64,000 bases of DNA from an uncultured delta proteobacterium (lineage in GTDB: Bacteria; Desulfobacterota; Binatia; UBA9968). Numbering within the stretch: the stretch's first letter is position 1; the number at the start of each line of letters is the position of its first letter. Location of the stretch: NCBI GenBank assembly GCA_963745035.1, contig CAVUVW010000014.1:800001-864000 (forward strand). Direction: 5' to 3'. Under the pieces are notes generated by a model that worked only from the letters and a program-made list of their open reading frames with translations, made no database searches and was not told the origin of the DNA. The translations under genes were made by a program, and so were the position numbers. Shown here piece by piece: positions 39,035 to 49,687 of this stretch.

Positions 39035-39934
39035 ATGGATTGGCTCAACTACCACCATTTGCTGTATTTCTGGACCGTCGCGCGCATGGGCGGCGTGGGG
39101 CGCGCGAGCGAGGAGCTTCGCCTTACCCAGGCGACCGTGAGCGCCCAGCTCAAGTCGCTGGAGCAGGCTCTGGGCGAGAAGCTCCTTCGCAAAGCGGGGC
39201 GCCATCTCGCGCTGACCGACACCGGCAAGCTGGTGTTTCGTTACGCCGACGAGATTTTTTCGCTCGGCCAGGAGATGATGGGGACGTTGCAGGGCCGCCC
39301 CGAGGGCCGCCTCGCGCGGGTCACGGTGGGGGTCGCCGATGTGTTGCCGAAGCTGGTGGCCTACCAATTGATCGAGCCCGCGCTCCAGTTGAAGGACGTC
39401 TACCGGGTCGTCTGCCGCGAGGGCACCAACGCGGAGCTGCTGCCGGCCCTCGCGGTGCACGACATCGACGTGGTTTTGACCGACGCGCCGGCCGAGGCCG
39501 GGATCAACGTCAAGGCGTTCCATCATTTGCTCGGCGAGTGCGACGTGTTGCTGTTCGCGAGCACGAAGCTCGCCCGGAAATATCGCCGCGGCTTTCCCCG
39601 CTCCCTGGACGGCGCGCCGTTCTTGTTGCCGACCCGTAACACGATCTCGCGGCGGTCCTTGGATCAATGGTTCGACCACGAAAAAATCCAGCCGAAAATC
39701 ATCGCCGAGTTCGAAGACAACGCGCTGTTGATGGTCTTCGGCCAGCACGGCGTCGGGATATTCGTCGCGCCTTCGGTGATCAGAGACGAAGTGGAGCGAA
39801 AGTACGCCGTGCAGGTGATCGGGCCGGTGGGCAACGTGCGCGAGCGCTTCTTTGCGGTGTCTCTCGACCGCAAGCTCAGACACCCCGCCGTGGTGGCGAT
39901 CTCAGAGGCGGCGCGCGCGCGGCTGCCCGATTGA
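39035..39934 (+). CDS. nhaR: LysR family transcriptional activator, NhaR-like
   Basis: WLNYHHLLYFW, YADEIFSLGQE, GVADVLPK, EFEDNALLMVFG, HPAV. Confidence 0.85.
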   Translation: MDWLNYHHLLYFWTVARMGGVGRASEELRLTQATVSAQLKSLEQALGEKLLRKAGRHLALTDTGKLVFRYADEIFSLGQEMMGTLQGRPEGRLARVTVGVADVLPKLVAYQLIEPALQLKDVYRVVCREGTNAELLPALAVHDIDVVLTDAPAEAGINVKAFHHLLGECDVLLFASTKLARKYRRGFPRSLDGAPFLLPTRNTISRRSLDQWFDHEKIQPKIIAEFEDNALLMVFGQHGVGIFVAPSVIRDEVERKYAVQVIGPVGNVRERFFAVSLDRKLRHPAVVAISEAARARLPD

Positions 39935-40040
39935 TCCATCGACGGCAGCGGGACGAAAAAATCCGAGAGCCGCAACGCTGCAATTCACCGAGACGAAAGC
40001 TCAGACATCAAGCCGCTCGATGCGGCGGCGGCGGCCAGAC

Positions 40041-40684
40041 GTGAATCTCTTTTTCGATCTCGACGGAACCTTGACCGATCCGCGTCAGGGTATTCTGGCG
40101 TGCTTCCGGTATGCCCTCAACGCGCTGGGCGTCGATGCGCCGCCGGATCATCATCTCGAACCGCTCATCGGTCCGCCGCTGCGCGAGAGTTTTTCGGCGC
40201 TCTTGCCCGAAGAGGCGCTCGTCGAGCAGGCAGTCGCTCTCTACCGCGAGCGTTTCGCCCCGAAAGGCATGTTCGAAAACCGCGTGTATGCGGGAGTCGC
40301 CGGCGCCTTGGAACAGCTTCACCAAAGCGGCGCGCGGCTCTTCGTGGCGACCGCGAAGCCGGGCATGTTCGCCGACCGTATTCTGGAGTATTTCGATCTC
40401 CGTCGGTGGTTTCACGCGGTCTACGGCAGAGAGCTGGACGGAAGAAACGCGCACAAGCGTGATCTGCTCGCTCATTTGTTGGAGGCGGAATCGCTGTCGC
40501 GTGCTGGCGCGGTGATGATCGGCGATCGCGCCGCCGACGTTCTGGCCGCGAAAGCGAACGGGATTTTTTCCGTGGGGTTCTTTGGGGATTCGGCTCGCGC
40601 GAAGAGCTTGCCGGGGCGGGAGCCGACCTGCTGTGCACGACGCCGGGGAAGCTCGTCGAGAGTCTCGCCGGCCGGAGACTGTGA
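40041..40684 (+). CDS. HAD family phosphatase (frameshift near 40578)
   Basis: FDLDGTLTDP, IGPPL, VATAKP, MIGDR..D, then LWGFGSREEL..AGAD in the shifted frame. Confidence 0.85.
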
Positions 40685-40815
40685 TTTTTCGTTTGTGATT
40701 TTCGCCTGGCGCGCAACGGTCCACGAAGACCTTTGGAAGTTTCCGTCGGCTGTTTGCAATTTGTCCAATAATAATTCCAGATAGGATGCACCAACGCCGT
40801 AGGGAGGGCGTCTCC

Positions 40816-41988
40816 ATGCCGCGCGAGTATCGCTACTTTTCCGCCGACAGCCATTTTGAGTCGTTGCCAGAGACCTGGACTCACCGCGTGCCGGCGCAAT
40901 ATCGAGAGCGCGCGCCGCGTCGCGTCAAGCTCGCCGACGGGCGCGACGCCATCCTCGAGGAAGGACAGCCGCTCGAATACCGCGGAACGAATCTATTCGC
41001 GGGGAAGTCTCCCGAGGAATTCAATCCGGTTTGTTTGACGTTCGAAACCTCCGCCGGCGCCGGCACGCCGCAACAAAGAATCAAGGAGCAGGATGCCGAC
41101 GGCATCGACGGCGAGCTGCTGTTCGCCAGCGAAGCGCGCAACACAAAGATCAAAGATCGAAACGTCTTTCTCGCGCTGATCCGCGCGTTCAACGATTACT
41201 TTATCGAGGAATATTGCGCCGTGGATCCCGAGCGTCTGGTCGGCGTGGCGGTCATGCCGGACATTGGCGCGGGAGAGAACATCGCCGAGATGAAGCGCTG
41301 CAAGGAGAAAGGCTTCAAAGCGGTTCGGCTGCACACTTTTCCCAGCGGCAAAAGTTATCCGACCGCGGAGGATGACGAGTTTTACGCCGCGGCGTTGGAT
41401 CTGAATATGCCGATCACGATCCACACGTCTTTCCCGCGCCGCACCGACGAGCGCGACGTTTACCTGATGAAATATCCCAAGGAGCCGCAAGGCGAAGACC
41501 GGCCGTTCGACTTTTTGCAACGCCTGGCGCGCCAAGGGATCTATCATTGCGGCGCCGTCGAGGCGACTCAGTTGATTCTCACGGGCGTCTTCGATCGTTT
41601 CCCGAAGTTGCGTTGCTACTGGGCGGAGAACAACGTCGGCTGGATTCCGTACTTCTATCAGCAGATGGACCAAAGTTATAAAGTCAACTGCTCGTGGGCG
41701 GAGCGGCTCCTCGGTTTGCCGAAGTTGAAAAGACTGCCGAGCGAGTACTTGCGCGAGCACGCGCTCTGGGGCGTGTTCGACGATCCGATCGGCATCCAGC
41801 TCCGGCACATGATCGGCGTGGATAAGATTATGTGGTCGACGGACTTTCCCCACGTCGTCACGCGCTGGCCAAAGTCTCGGGAGCTGGTGCAAGAACAGTT
41901 CGCCGGCGTGCCGGAAGATGAAAAGCGTGCGATGCTGGCGGGGAACGCGGTGAAGTTTTTTCATCTGGATGGGCAAAAAGACGATTGA
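40816..41988 (+). CDS. Amidohydrolase_2 family protein
   Basis: SADSH, RAFND, TIH, FDRFPKL...E..VGW, WSTDFPH. Confidence 0.9.
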   Translation: MPREYRYFSADSHFESLPETWTHRVPAQYRERAPRRVKLADGRDAILEEGQPLEYRGTNLFAGKSPEEFNPVCLTFETSAGAGTPQQRIKEQDADGIDGELLFASEARNTKIKDRNVFLALIRAFNDYFIEEYCAVDPERLVGVAVMPDIGAGENIAEMKRCKEKGFKAVRLHTFPSGKSYPTAEDDEFYAAALDLNMPITIHTSFPRRTDERDVYLMKYPKEPQGEDRPFDFLQRLARQGIYHCGAVEATQLILTGVFDRFPKLRCYWAENNVGWIPYFYQQMDQSYKVNCSWAERLLGLPKLKRLPSEYLREHALWGVFDDPIGIQLRHMIGVDKIMWSTDFPHVVTRWPKSRELVQEQFAGVPEDEKRAMLAGNAVKFFHLDGQKDD

Positions 41989-42153
41989 CTACGAAGGCAC
42001 GAAGCACACGAATCCGGAAGATCTTCTCATTGTTCACGCAAGATTTAGCCGATATCCGCCAAACTTCTGCGCCGAATCGCGTTACGTAGGGTGCGCTTGC
42101 GCACATCGTTCCCAGGGCCACTGACCGTAACGTAGCAAAGGGAGACCTGCGAA

Positions 42154-43110
42154 GTGAGAATCGTTGTCGTAGCTTTGATTCTGTTCCTTCATCTTGGCGC
42201 GGCCGACGCGCGCAAGATTACCGTCGCGGTGCCGGTGCTCGACGTGACGCAGAGCGCTTTGTACGTCGCGCGCGACCGCGGTTTTTACCAGAAAGAAGGC
42301 TTGGACGTCGAGCTGATCCTCATGCGCGGCGGGGTGGCGAACCAGGCGTTGATCGCAGGCAACGTCGAATTCACCACGGTGCCGACGGCGGGATTGCAAG
42401 CCGCCCTGCAAGGCGCGCCGCTTAAAGTCGTGCTCAGCACGTTTCACAAGCCGATGTTTTGGCTCTATGCCCGGCCCGAGATTCGCGGCGCCAAGGATCT
42501 CAGCAACAAGAAGATTGCGGTATCGAGCTTGGGCGCGGCGGGCGACTCCGCGCTGCGCGAGTGGATCAAGAAAAACGGCATGGACGAGAACCGGGAAGTT
42601 GCGATCTTATCCATCGGCACGACCGCCACGCGTCTGGGCGCGCTTTCCGCCGGCGTGGTGGATGCCGCGATGATGACGTTTCCGCACAATCTCACGGCCG
42701 CCGAATCGGGCTTTCGCGAGCTGGTCTCGTTCATCGCCTCCGATATCATCCAGCTCCAGGGCGCCATCGTGACCCGCGAAGGCTTGCTCAGCTCGGAGTC
42801 AGGCATGGTGGAAAAGTTTCTCCGCGCCACGATCAAAGGAATCCTTTACTATTCGAACAATCGCAAGAGCGCGGTTTCGATTCTCGCGCGAAACGTGAAG
42901 ACCCAGGACGAGCTGGCGGGGAAAATCTATGATCTGGTCAAGCCGGCGCTGACGCCGGAAGGGATTCTCAGCGACGATTTGCAGAAACAGGTGATGGCGC
43001 CGCTGCTCGAGCGTGTCAACAAACGGGATCTCGCAACCGGCAGGTTCTTCGATTTCGCGCTGGCACGCAAGCTGAACGGCGAGCTCAAAGCGGAAGGCTG
43101 GAAGCCGTAG
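42154..43110 (+). CDS. SsuA/NMT1-type ABC substrate-binding protein
   Basis: Signal peptide, EGLDVELILM, KKIAVSSLG, KFLRAT. Confidence 0.85.
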   Translation: MRIVVVALILFLHLGAADARKITVAVPVLDVTQSALYVARDRGFYQKEGLDVELILMRGGVANQALIAGNVEFTTVPTAGLQAALQGAPLKVVLSTFHKPMFWLYARPEIRGAKDLSNKKIAVSSLGAAGDSALREWIKKNGMDENREVAILSIGTTATRLGALSAGVVDAAMMTFPHNLTAAESGFRELVSFIASDIIQLQGAIVTREGLLSSESGMVEKFLRATIKGILYYSNNRKSAVSILARNVKTQDELAGKIYDLVKPALTPEGILSDDLQKQVMAPLLERVNKRDLATGRFFDFALARKLNGELKAEGWKP

Positions 43111-43138
43111 ATTTGGCCGGTTGTTCCCAGTGGGCTTG

Positions 43139-43444
43139 TCAGATTCGCAGATCTAGTTTCGGGATAACCAACAACCGCTCGACGAAACGATCGTCGCCGA
43201 ACTTGCTCGCGTACAAGCCGAGCAGGCCGAGCGGCACAAAGAGCGCGGTCAAGCCCCACGCTTGCCACGTTACTTCGTAGCTCATTAAAGCCGCCAGCGG
43301 CGGCAGCGCGGCGACTTCCAGACAAACTCCGCTGCTGAACACGAGCAGGCTGCGTTTCCACCGGCTGGTCTGCAGGCGTATCGCCCGCGAATCACGCAGG
43401 CACAATAAAAATCCTTCAATCAAACCCAGTTCGCGATGCTGCAT
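43139..43444 (-). CDS. Small hypothetical membrane protein
   Basis: Two hydrophobic segments; fills the gap between neighbours. Confidence 0.45.
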   Translation of the reverse strand: MQHRELGLIEGFLLCLRDSRAIRLQTSRWKRSLLVFSSGVCLEVAALPPLAALMSYEVTWQAWGLTALFVPLGLLGLYASKFGDDRFVERLLVIPKLDLRI

Positions 43445-43666
43445 CTCATATCGACCCCACGGCTAGAATTGCGCTGCTGCGGAATAGTGCCGAGGGCCGG
43501 ACGGGAGAAGAGAAACCGGTCGCGGACGAAAGGCGGCATTCTGCGCTACGCGAGAGATTCGGCGTATAGTAAGGTCCGCAGCGTTACAATGCAAATAGTT
43601 CTGGGCTGGCGAGGAGCCGCAGAACGACTGCCCGGACGCGAGAGTTACCGGGCGGGTTGCGATCTG

Positions 43667-43879
43667 CTAGCGGTAGCGCCAGTAATCCCTGCTATAGGAG
43701 CGGCCGGTGCGTCCTTCGTCGCGGCGCCGTTCAGCGGCGCGGCCGTCGCGATAGCCTTCACGATACGAGTTATTATAGGAGCTGCCGTAGTCGTCATAGT
43801 CGTCGTGCACGCCATAATGGCAGCCGGCCAAGACCGTCGCCGCCAATAGAGAACTGGCCAGGAAAGTTCGAGCTCTCAT
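43667..43879 (-). CDS. Small Tyr/Arg/Asp-rich lipoprotein
   Basis: GGAGGAGG RBS; lipobox LAGC; YREGYRDG. Confidence 0.7.
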   Translation of the reverse strand: MRARTFLASSLLAATVLAGCHYGVHDDYDDYGSSYNNSYREGYRDGRAAERRRDEGRTGRSYSRDYWRYR

Positions 43880-44153
43880 TGCAAGAATTCCTCCTCCTGG
43901 AGGGTTAGACGGTTGGAGGAGGCTGACTGAAACAATTAAAGGAGTGGAACGTAAACTCGCGGCGGGGGAAAACAACGTATCGCGACCTGCCCGAGCCTGT
44001 CCGCGAGTTAGGACAGCATGGTGATTTATCCGCCAAGAGTCATGGGATGTGCTGCGGAGAACGAAGGCGGCGGCCGACTACCGCACACACTGCGGCGATA
44101 ACGGGAGCAAGGTAAGACTTTGCAGCCGCCGGCAGCTCGCGCCGCTCAAAAGA

Positions 44154-44429
44154 TCAACGTGCGCGCGGTTGTGCGGCGGCGTTTTTGGACTGAAACTTCT
44201 GGTAGATCCACAACAGGACAAATGCGCCGACGATCGAGCCGATCCAGCCGGCGCCCTGGCCGGCTTCGTACCAGCCGATTGCGTGGCCGGCATAGGTGGC
44301 GACAAGGGAACCGGCGATGCCGAGCAAGGTCGTCACGATCATGCCCATGTTTTCCTTGCCGGGCATGATGAATTTGGCGATGACCCCGACGACAAATCCG
44401 ACAATAATCGCTATTAACAGACCCAACAT
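44154..44429 (-). CDS. GlsB/YeaQ/YmgE family stress response membrane protein
   Basis: GFVVGVIAKFIMPG...LLGIAGS...WIGSIVGAFVLL. Confidence 0.9.
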   Translation of the reverse strand: MLGLLIAIIVGFVVGVIAKFIMPGKENMGMIVTTLLGIAGSLVATYAGHAIGWYEAGQGAGWIGSIVGAFVLLWIYQKFQSKNAAAQPRAR

Positions 44430-44761
44430 AGCTCCCTCCTTCTAGTAGCACTGCCTCTCCGCACCCGTATAGCGATAATCGCCGCTCGGCGTCAAGCGCT
44501 CTGTGACACGCCCGCGCTCAAGATTGCGCGTGCCGAACCAAGTCGTGCCCGCAGAATCTCGGGTTCAACCAAGCAGCCCAGTTCCGAGTACGGGCGTCAT
44601 GAAGCGACTTTTCCGGCGGCGACCGAAGAGATTTTGCGCGATCGATTCGTTGCCTTTTCCGCTGCTTCGGCCGTTGCTTCTTTGCCAAATTTAGAGCTAA
44701 GCTCGGGCATCCAGCGGCGAGCCCATGATCACTCTGAGCTTAGCTGGGGAAGGAGCCTTCC

Positions 44762-45616
44762 ATGCGTCTTGACCAAGAAGAAGAAAGCCGGAATGTCGAA
44801 GATCGCCGCGGTATGCGGGTGTCGCGGGGCATCGCCGGCGGCGGTATCGGGACTATCGTTATCATTTTGATCGCCCTGTTTTTCGGCGTCGATCCGAGTC
44901 TACTGTTGCAGGGGAACGTGGAACAAACAGGCGCTCCGCCGCCGCAGTCGCAACCCTCTGCAAGACAAGACGAGATGCGCGAGTTCGTCGCGCGCGTGCT
45001 GGGAAGCACGGAGCGGACGTGGAGCGAGATCTTCAGGGCGGGCGGGCGCACCTACGAGAAGCCGACTTTGGTGCTTTTCTCGGACGCCGTCCAGTCCGCC
45101 TGCGGCTCGGCCCAGGCGGCGTCCGGGCCGTTTTATTGCGGCGGCGACCACAAGGTTTACATCGATCTTTCTTTTTACCGCGATCTCCGCGAGCGCTTTC
45201 GAGCGCCCGGCGACTTCGCGCAGGCCTACGTAATTGCCCATGAAGTCGGCCACCATGTGCAGAATCTCCTCGGCATTATGGGAAAAGTTCAGTCGCTGCA
45301 GAGCCGGGCGAGAAGCGAGAGCGAAGCCAATCAACTTTCCATACGCCTCGAGCTGCAAGCCGACTGCTTGGCGGGCATCTGGGCCAGCTATGCGCATCGC
45401 GAGCGCAACATCCTGGAGCAGGGCGACGTCGAAGAGGGATTGAACGCGGCGGCGCAGATCGGCGATGATCGGATGCAGAAGCGCATGCAGGGCTACGTCG
45501 TCCCGGAGGGCTTCACTCACGGCAGCGCCGAGCAGCGCGTGCAGTGGTTTCGCCGCGGCATGGAGAACGTCGATCTGAAGCAGTGCGACACTTTCTCCAG
45601 GCGTCCGCTGTCATAA
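44762..45616 (+). CDS. ypfJ: YpfJ-like neutral zinc metallopeptidase
   Basis: NVEDRRG, GPFYC, GDFAQAYVIAHEVGHHVQ, ELQADC, FTHGS. Confidence 0.9.
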   Translation: MRLDQEEESRNVEDRRGMRVSRGIAGGGIGTIVIILIALFFGVDPSLLLQGNVEQTGAPPPQSQPSARQDEMREFVARVLGSTERTWSEIFRAGGRTYEKPTLVLFSDAVQSACGSAQAASGPFYCGGDHKVYIDLSFYRDLRERFRAPGDFAQAYVIAHEVGHHVQNLLGIMGKVQSLQSRARSESEANQLSIRLELQADCLAGIWASYAHRERNILEQGDVEEGLNAAAQIGDDRMQKRMQGYVVPEGFTHGSAEQRVQWFRRGMENVDLKQCDTFSRRPLS

Positions 45617-45665
45617 GCCGGCTCGGCGCCGCGGCCCGAGGGCAAAATTTCGGTTCTCACCGGAG

Positions 45666-46740
45666 GTGCTCATGAAAATGTTTCGCGCGTTGGGTTTTTA
45701 TGCATTCATCGCCGGCTTGGCGTTTACCATCGTGTCTCTCGGAGCCGGCAAGGCATATTCTCAAGCCGATTTTTACAAGGGCAAGACGATCAAGATCGTG
45801 CGCGGGGGCGGCCCCGGCGGCTCCGGCGAGTTTCAAACCCGGGCTCTGGTGAAAGTGTTGGAAAAGCACATACCGGGAAAGCCGTCGCTGCAGGTGGAGT
45901 TCATCGAGGGCGCCGCGGGCCGCAAAGCGGCCAACGTGATTTACAGCAACACCAAGCCGGACGGGCTTACGATCGGGTCGATCGGCGCAGGCCTTGTGGT
46001 CGGGCCAATCTTGGGACTTCCGGGCACCAGCTACGATCTCGATAAGTTCATTTATCTCGGGTCGACGGACAGCGGCGACCCCTATATTTTTTACACCAAG
46101 GCGGAACTGGGACTCGATTCCATCGAAAAGCTGCGCGGCGCCAGCGGCCTTCGTTTCGCGGCCCACGCGGTGGGGCACCCGGTATATGTCACGGGACGAA
46201 TGATGGCGTATATGATCGGACTGAAAGAACCCAAGATTCGTGACAGGGTTCACCAACCCGGAAATTTACATCGCCTTTAACCGCGGCGAAATCGATGCCC
46301 ATGCGACCGGAGCGGCTCGATTCGCCATCGACCAGAAGGAGTGGATCGATAAAAAGCAGGTCCACCTTCATGCGACGCTCACCGTGCCAAAAGGGCGCCA
46401 TCACCCCATGTTTGCCAAGGTGGCCGAGCTGGGCACGTTTGCGAAGTCGGACACCGAGCGAAAGCTGTTGGATATGTTCCGCGCGTTCCAATACCCGCGC
46501 TGGCCATACTTGTTTCCTCCAGGGACCCCAAAAGAGCGCGTGCAGATCATCCGCGATGCAATACGCAAATCGTTAGCCGATCCTGAATTTACTGCAGAGT
46601 ATACAAAGCTCATGGGCGATCCGCCGGCGCCTATGGACGGCGAGGAATTGGAAAAGGCGATCAAGGAATTGCCGCGCGATAAAGAGGTCGTCGCGCTTTA
46701 TCAGAAAATGGCCGGCGCCGATCCTCTGCCGGCGCGATAG
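45666..46740 (+). CDS. Orphan TctC/Bug-like binding protein (frameshift near 46240)
   Basis: FYKGKTIKI, KHIPGKP, KPDGLTI, then PPGTPKERV in the shifted frame. Confidence 0.85.
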
Positions 46741-46973
46741 CTTTCTTCCGCGTGCACAAATATTTCGGCGTGAGACACGGACAAGTGCTCACGCCGAGAG
46801 CATTCATTGCTATGCGTCGACTTCGCTGATCTTTCGAGCAGACTTCCAGTCGGGATCACCAAGTCTTTCACGGATCGCTCAATCTTCCTGGACGCGCTGT
46901 CCGAATCGTCGTCAGAGCGCACTGCACCGCCGGCGTTTGCCGCAGGCGAATTCTCCGACTAGACTACAAAAAT

Positions 46974-49649
46974 ATGAAAGCGAAGACGACAAAGAAATCC
47001 GCCAACCGATCCAACGGCGCGGCGGCGGCGCCCGTCAATCCGGACGCGCGCAAAGTGCTTTTGCTCGACGGCCATTCACTCGCCTTTCGCGCGTTTTTTG
47101 CTCTACCCGATACTCTCGTTACCTCGTCGGGACAGGTCACCAACGCCGTTTATGGTTTTACCGCGATGCTTATCAAGCTTATGGCGGACGAGCGGCCGCA
47201 GGGGGTGGTGGTGTGCTTCGACAAAGGCGCTCCGCAGTTTCGTCTGGAACGCTATGCGGAATACAAGGCCGGCAGAGCCGAAACTCCGGACCTATTTAGG
47301 CAGCAGCTACCGCTGATCCGCGAGGTGCTGGGGGCGTTGCGCATCCCGATGATCGAGCTGGAGGGATACGAAGCGGACGATCTGCTCGCGACTTTGACGA
47401 AGCATGCCCGCGAGGAAGGCTGTGAAGTCGTTCTCGTCACCGGCGACCGCGACATTCTCCAACTGGTGCGCGACGGCGTCTCGGTGATCATGACCCGCCG
47501 GGGGATCTCCGACGTGATCCGGTATGACGTCGCGACGGTGATCGAGCGCTACGGCGTGCCGCCGGAGAAGTGGACGGATTTCGTGGCGCTGAAGGGAGAA
47601 ACGTCGGACAATCTGCCCGGCGTGCCCGGCGTCGGCGACAAAACCGCCGCACAGCTCATCAACAAATACGGCGACATCGAGCAGGTAATCGCGCACGCCG
47701 AAGAGCTTACACCGAAGCTGCGCCAAGCGATCCAGGAGCAGGCCGGACAGGTTCGCATCAACAAAGAGCTTGGCCGGCTGTTGGACGACGTGCGCTTGGA
47801 GCTCGATCCGGCAAAGCTGCGTTTGGAAAATTGGGATGACGAAGCGGTCCGCGGCCTCTTCATGTCGCTCGAGTTCCGGAGCCTCCATGAGCGTCTGAAG
47901 GAGATCAAGTTTCACACTGCCGCGGCGGCTCCCGCGCTCGAAGCGGTTTCGCTCTCGGAATTCAGCTCCGAGGCGGAGCTGAGCCCGGACGAGGCGGTAG
48001 CGCTGGCTTGGCGCGAAAAATGGCTGGCCATATCCGACCAAGTCGGGGCCGCGCGCGTGCTGCCTTTCGACGGCGCCATCGAGCGGCTCGCCGGCTCTTT
48101 GAAAGACCCGACCCGGCCAAAGATTGTCCACGACGCCAAGCCGCTGTATCGCGCCGCGCTGAGCGCCGGCGTGGAGATCGACGGGCTCGAGTGCGATACC
48201 AAGATTGCGGCCTATCTGATCGAGCCGGGCTCATCCTCTGGTTATACGGCGCGCGATACGATCAGCCGCTATCTCGGCGTCTCAATCGATGCCAGCAAGA
48301 CTGAGCTGCAGGCCGGCGAGCAGGCTACCCTCGCGTTCGCCGAAGACGAAAAGCAGGCGGTGTGCCGCGAAGCGGCGGCGGTGCGCGCGCTCGCCCCGGT
48401 CGTTTCGGAGCGCCTGCGGGCGCAAGGCAGTTGGGACCTCGCCAGTGCGCTCGAGTTCCCCTTGATCCGGGTGCTTGCGCGGATGGAGCACACGGGTATT
48501 CTCGTCGACCGCGACTACCTCCAAAAGCTCAACGCCGACTTCGGAGAGAAAATGACCGCCTTGGAGGCGGCGATTCAAGAGCACGCCGGCGAGTCGTTCA
48601 ACGTGAACTCCAATCCGCAGCTCCAGCGCATTCTTTTTGAGAAATTGGCGCTGCCCAAAACCAGAAGAATCAAAACCGGCTATTCCACCGACGCCGCGGA
48701 ACTGGAAAAACTTGCCGGCAGTCATCCGATCGTAGCCGCGCTGCTCGAATATCGCGAGGTGTCGAAGCTCAAGAACGGTTTTACCGAGATGCTGCTGGCG
48801 CTCGTCGATCCGCGGACGCGCAGGATCCACACGACTTACGAACAGACGACGGCTGCGACCGGGCGCCTGTCCTCGACGGCGCCCAACCTGCAAAATATCC
48901 CCATCCGCGGCGAGCTCGGCCGGCAGATCCGCCGCGCCTTTATCGCGCCGCCGGGGCACGTGCTGCTGTCGGCGGATTACTCCCAGATCGAGCTGCGCGT
49001 GTTGGCGCACCTTTCCGAGGATGAGACCTTTTGCCAAGCGTTCGCGCAGAAGCACGACTTTCACGCCACCATCGCCGCCAAAGTCTACGGCGTGGGCCTA
49101 AGCGAAGTCACCTCGACGATGCGCAATCAGGTCAAGCAATTTTCGTACGGCATCGCGTACGGCATGTCCACCTACGGAGTCTCGCAGCGTCTCGGTGTCG
49201 AGATGGACGAGGCGGCGAGCTTCGTGGAGACCTACTACGCGCAGTTTCCCAAGCTCAAAGAATTTCTCGCCGCACAGGTAGAGAAGGCAAAAGTCGACGG
49301 TTTTACCACCACGATGTTCGGCCGGCGCCGCTATCTGCCGGAGCTGCTTTCGTCCAACTTCCGGCTGCGCGCGCTAGGCGAGCGCATGGCTCTCAATGCG
49401 CCGATCCAGGGCAGTGCCGCCGACATCATCAAGAAGGCGATGGTCGGAGTCGATGCGGCTTTGTGCAGGGAACCGGTGGCGACCATGCTTCTGAGCGTGC
49501 ACGACGAGCTGGTCTTCGAGATGCCGGAGGACAAGCTCGATCACGCCCGGACGCTCATCGAGAACGAAATGATCAAGGCGGCCGATCTCCGCTGCGGCTT
49601 GGCCGTCGACGTGCACACCGGAAGCCACTGGGCGGAGGCGCACGCGTAG
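46974..49649 (+). CDS. polA: DNA polymerase I
   Basis: 5'-3' exonuclease (LLDGHSLAFRAF, YEADD, SDNLPGVPGVGDKTA), TGRLSS..PNLQNIP, ADYSQIELR, NAPIQGSAADI, VHDEL. Confidence 0.97.
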   Translation: MKAKTTKKSANRSNGAAAAPVNPDARKVLLLDGHSLAFRAFFALPDTLVTSSGQVTNAVYGFTAMLIKLMADERPQGVVVCFDKGAPQFRLERYAEYKAGRAETPDLFRQQLPLIREVLGALRIPMIELEGYEADDLLATLTKHAREEGCEVVLVTGDRDILQLVRDGVSVIMTRRGISDVIRYDVATVIERYGVPPEKWTDFVALKGETSDNLPGVPGVGDKTAAQLINKYGDIEQVIAHAEELTPKLRQAIQEQAGQVRINKELGRLLDDVRLELDPAKLRLENWDDEAVRGLFMSLEFRSLHERLKEIKFHTAAAAPALEAVSLSEFSSEAELSPDEAVALAWREKWLAISDQVGAARVLPFDGAIERLAGSLKDPTRPKIVHDAKPLYRAALSAGVEIDGLECDTKIAAYLIEPGSSSGYTARDTISRYLGVSIDASKTELQAGEQATLAFAEDEKQAVCREAAAVRALAPVVSERLRAQGSWDLASALEFPLIRVLARMEHTGILVDRDYLQKLNADFGEKMTALEAAIQEHAGESFNVNSNPQLQRILFEKLALPKTRRIKTGYSTDAAELEKLAGSHPIVAALLEYREVSKLKNGFTEMLLALVDPRTRRIHTTYEQTTAATGRLSSTAPNLQNIPIRGELGRQIRRAFIAPPGHVLLSADYSQIELRVLAHLSEDETFCQAFAQKHDFHATIAAKVYGVGLSEVTSTMRNQVKQFSYGIAYGMSTYGVSQRLGVEMDEAASFVETYYAQFPKLKEFLAAQVEKAKVDGFTTTMFGRRRYLPELLSSNFRLRALGERMALNAPIQGSAADIIKKAMVGVDAALCREPVATMLLSVHDELVFEMPEDKLDHARTLIENEMIKAADLRCGLAVDVHTGSHWAEAHA

Positions 49650-49687
49650 AAGTTAAAAGGCGAAGCGCAAACGCGAATTCAAGATTC

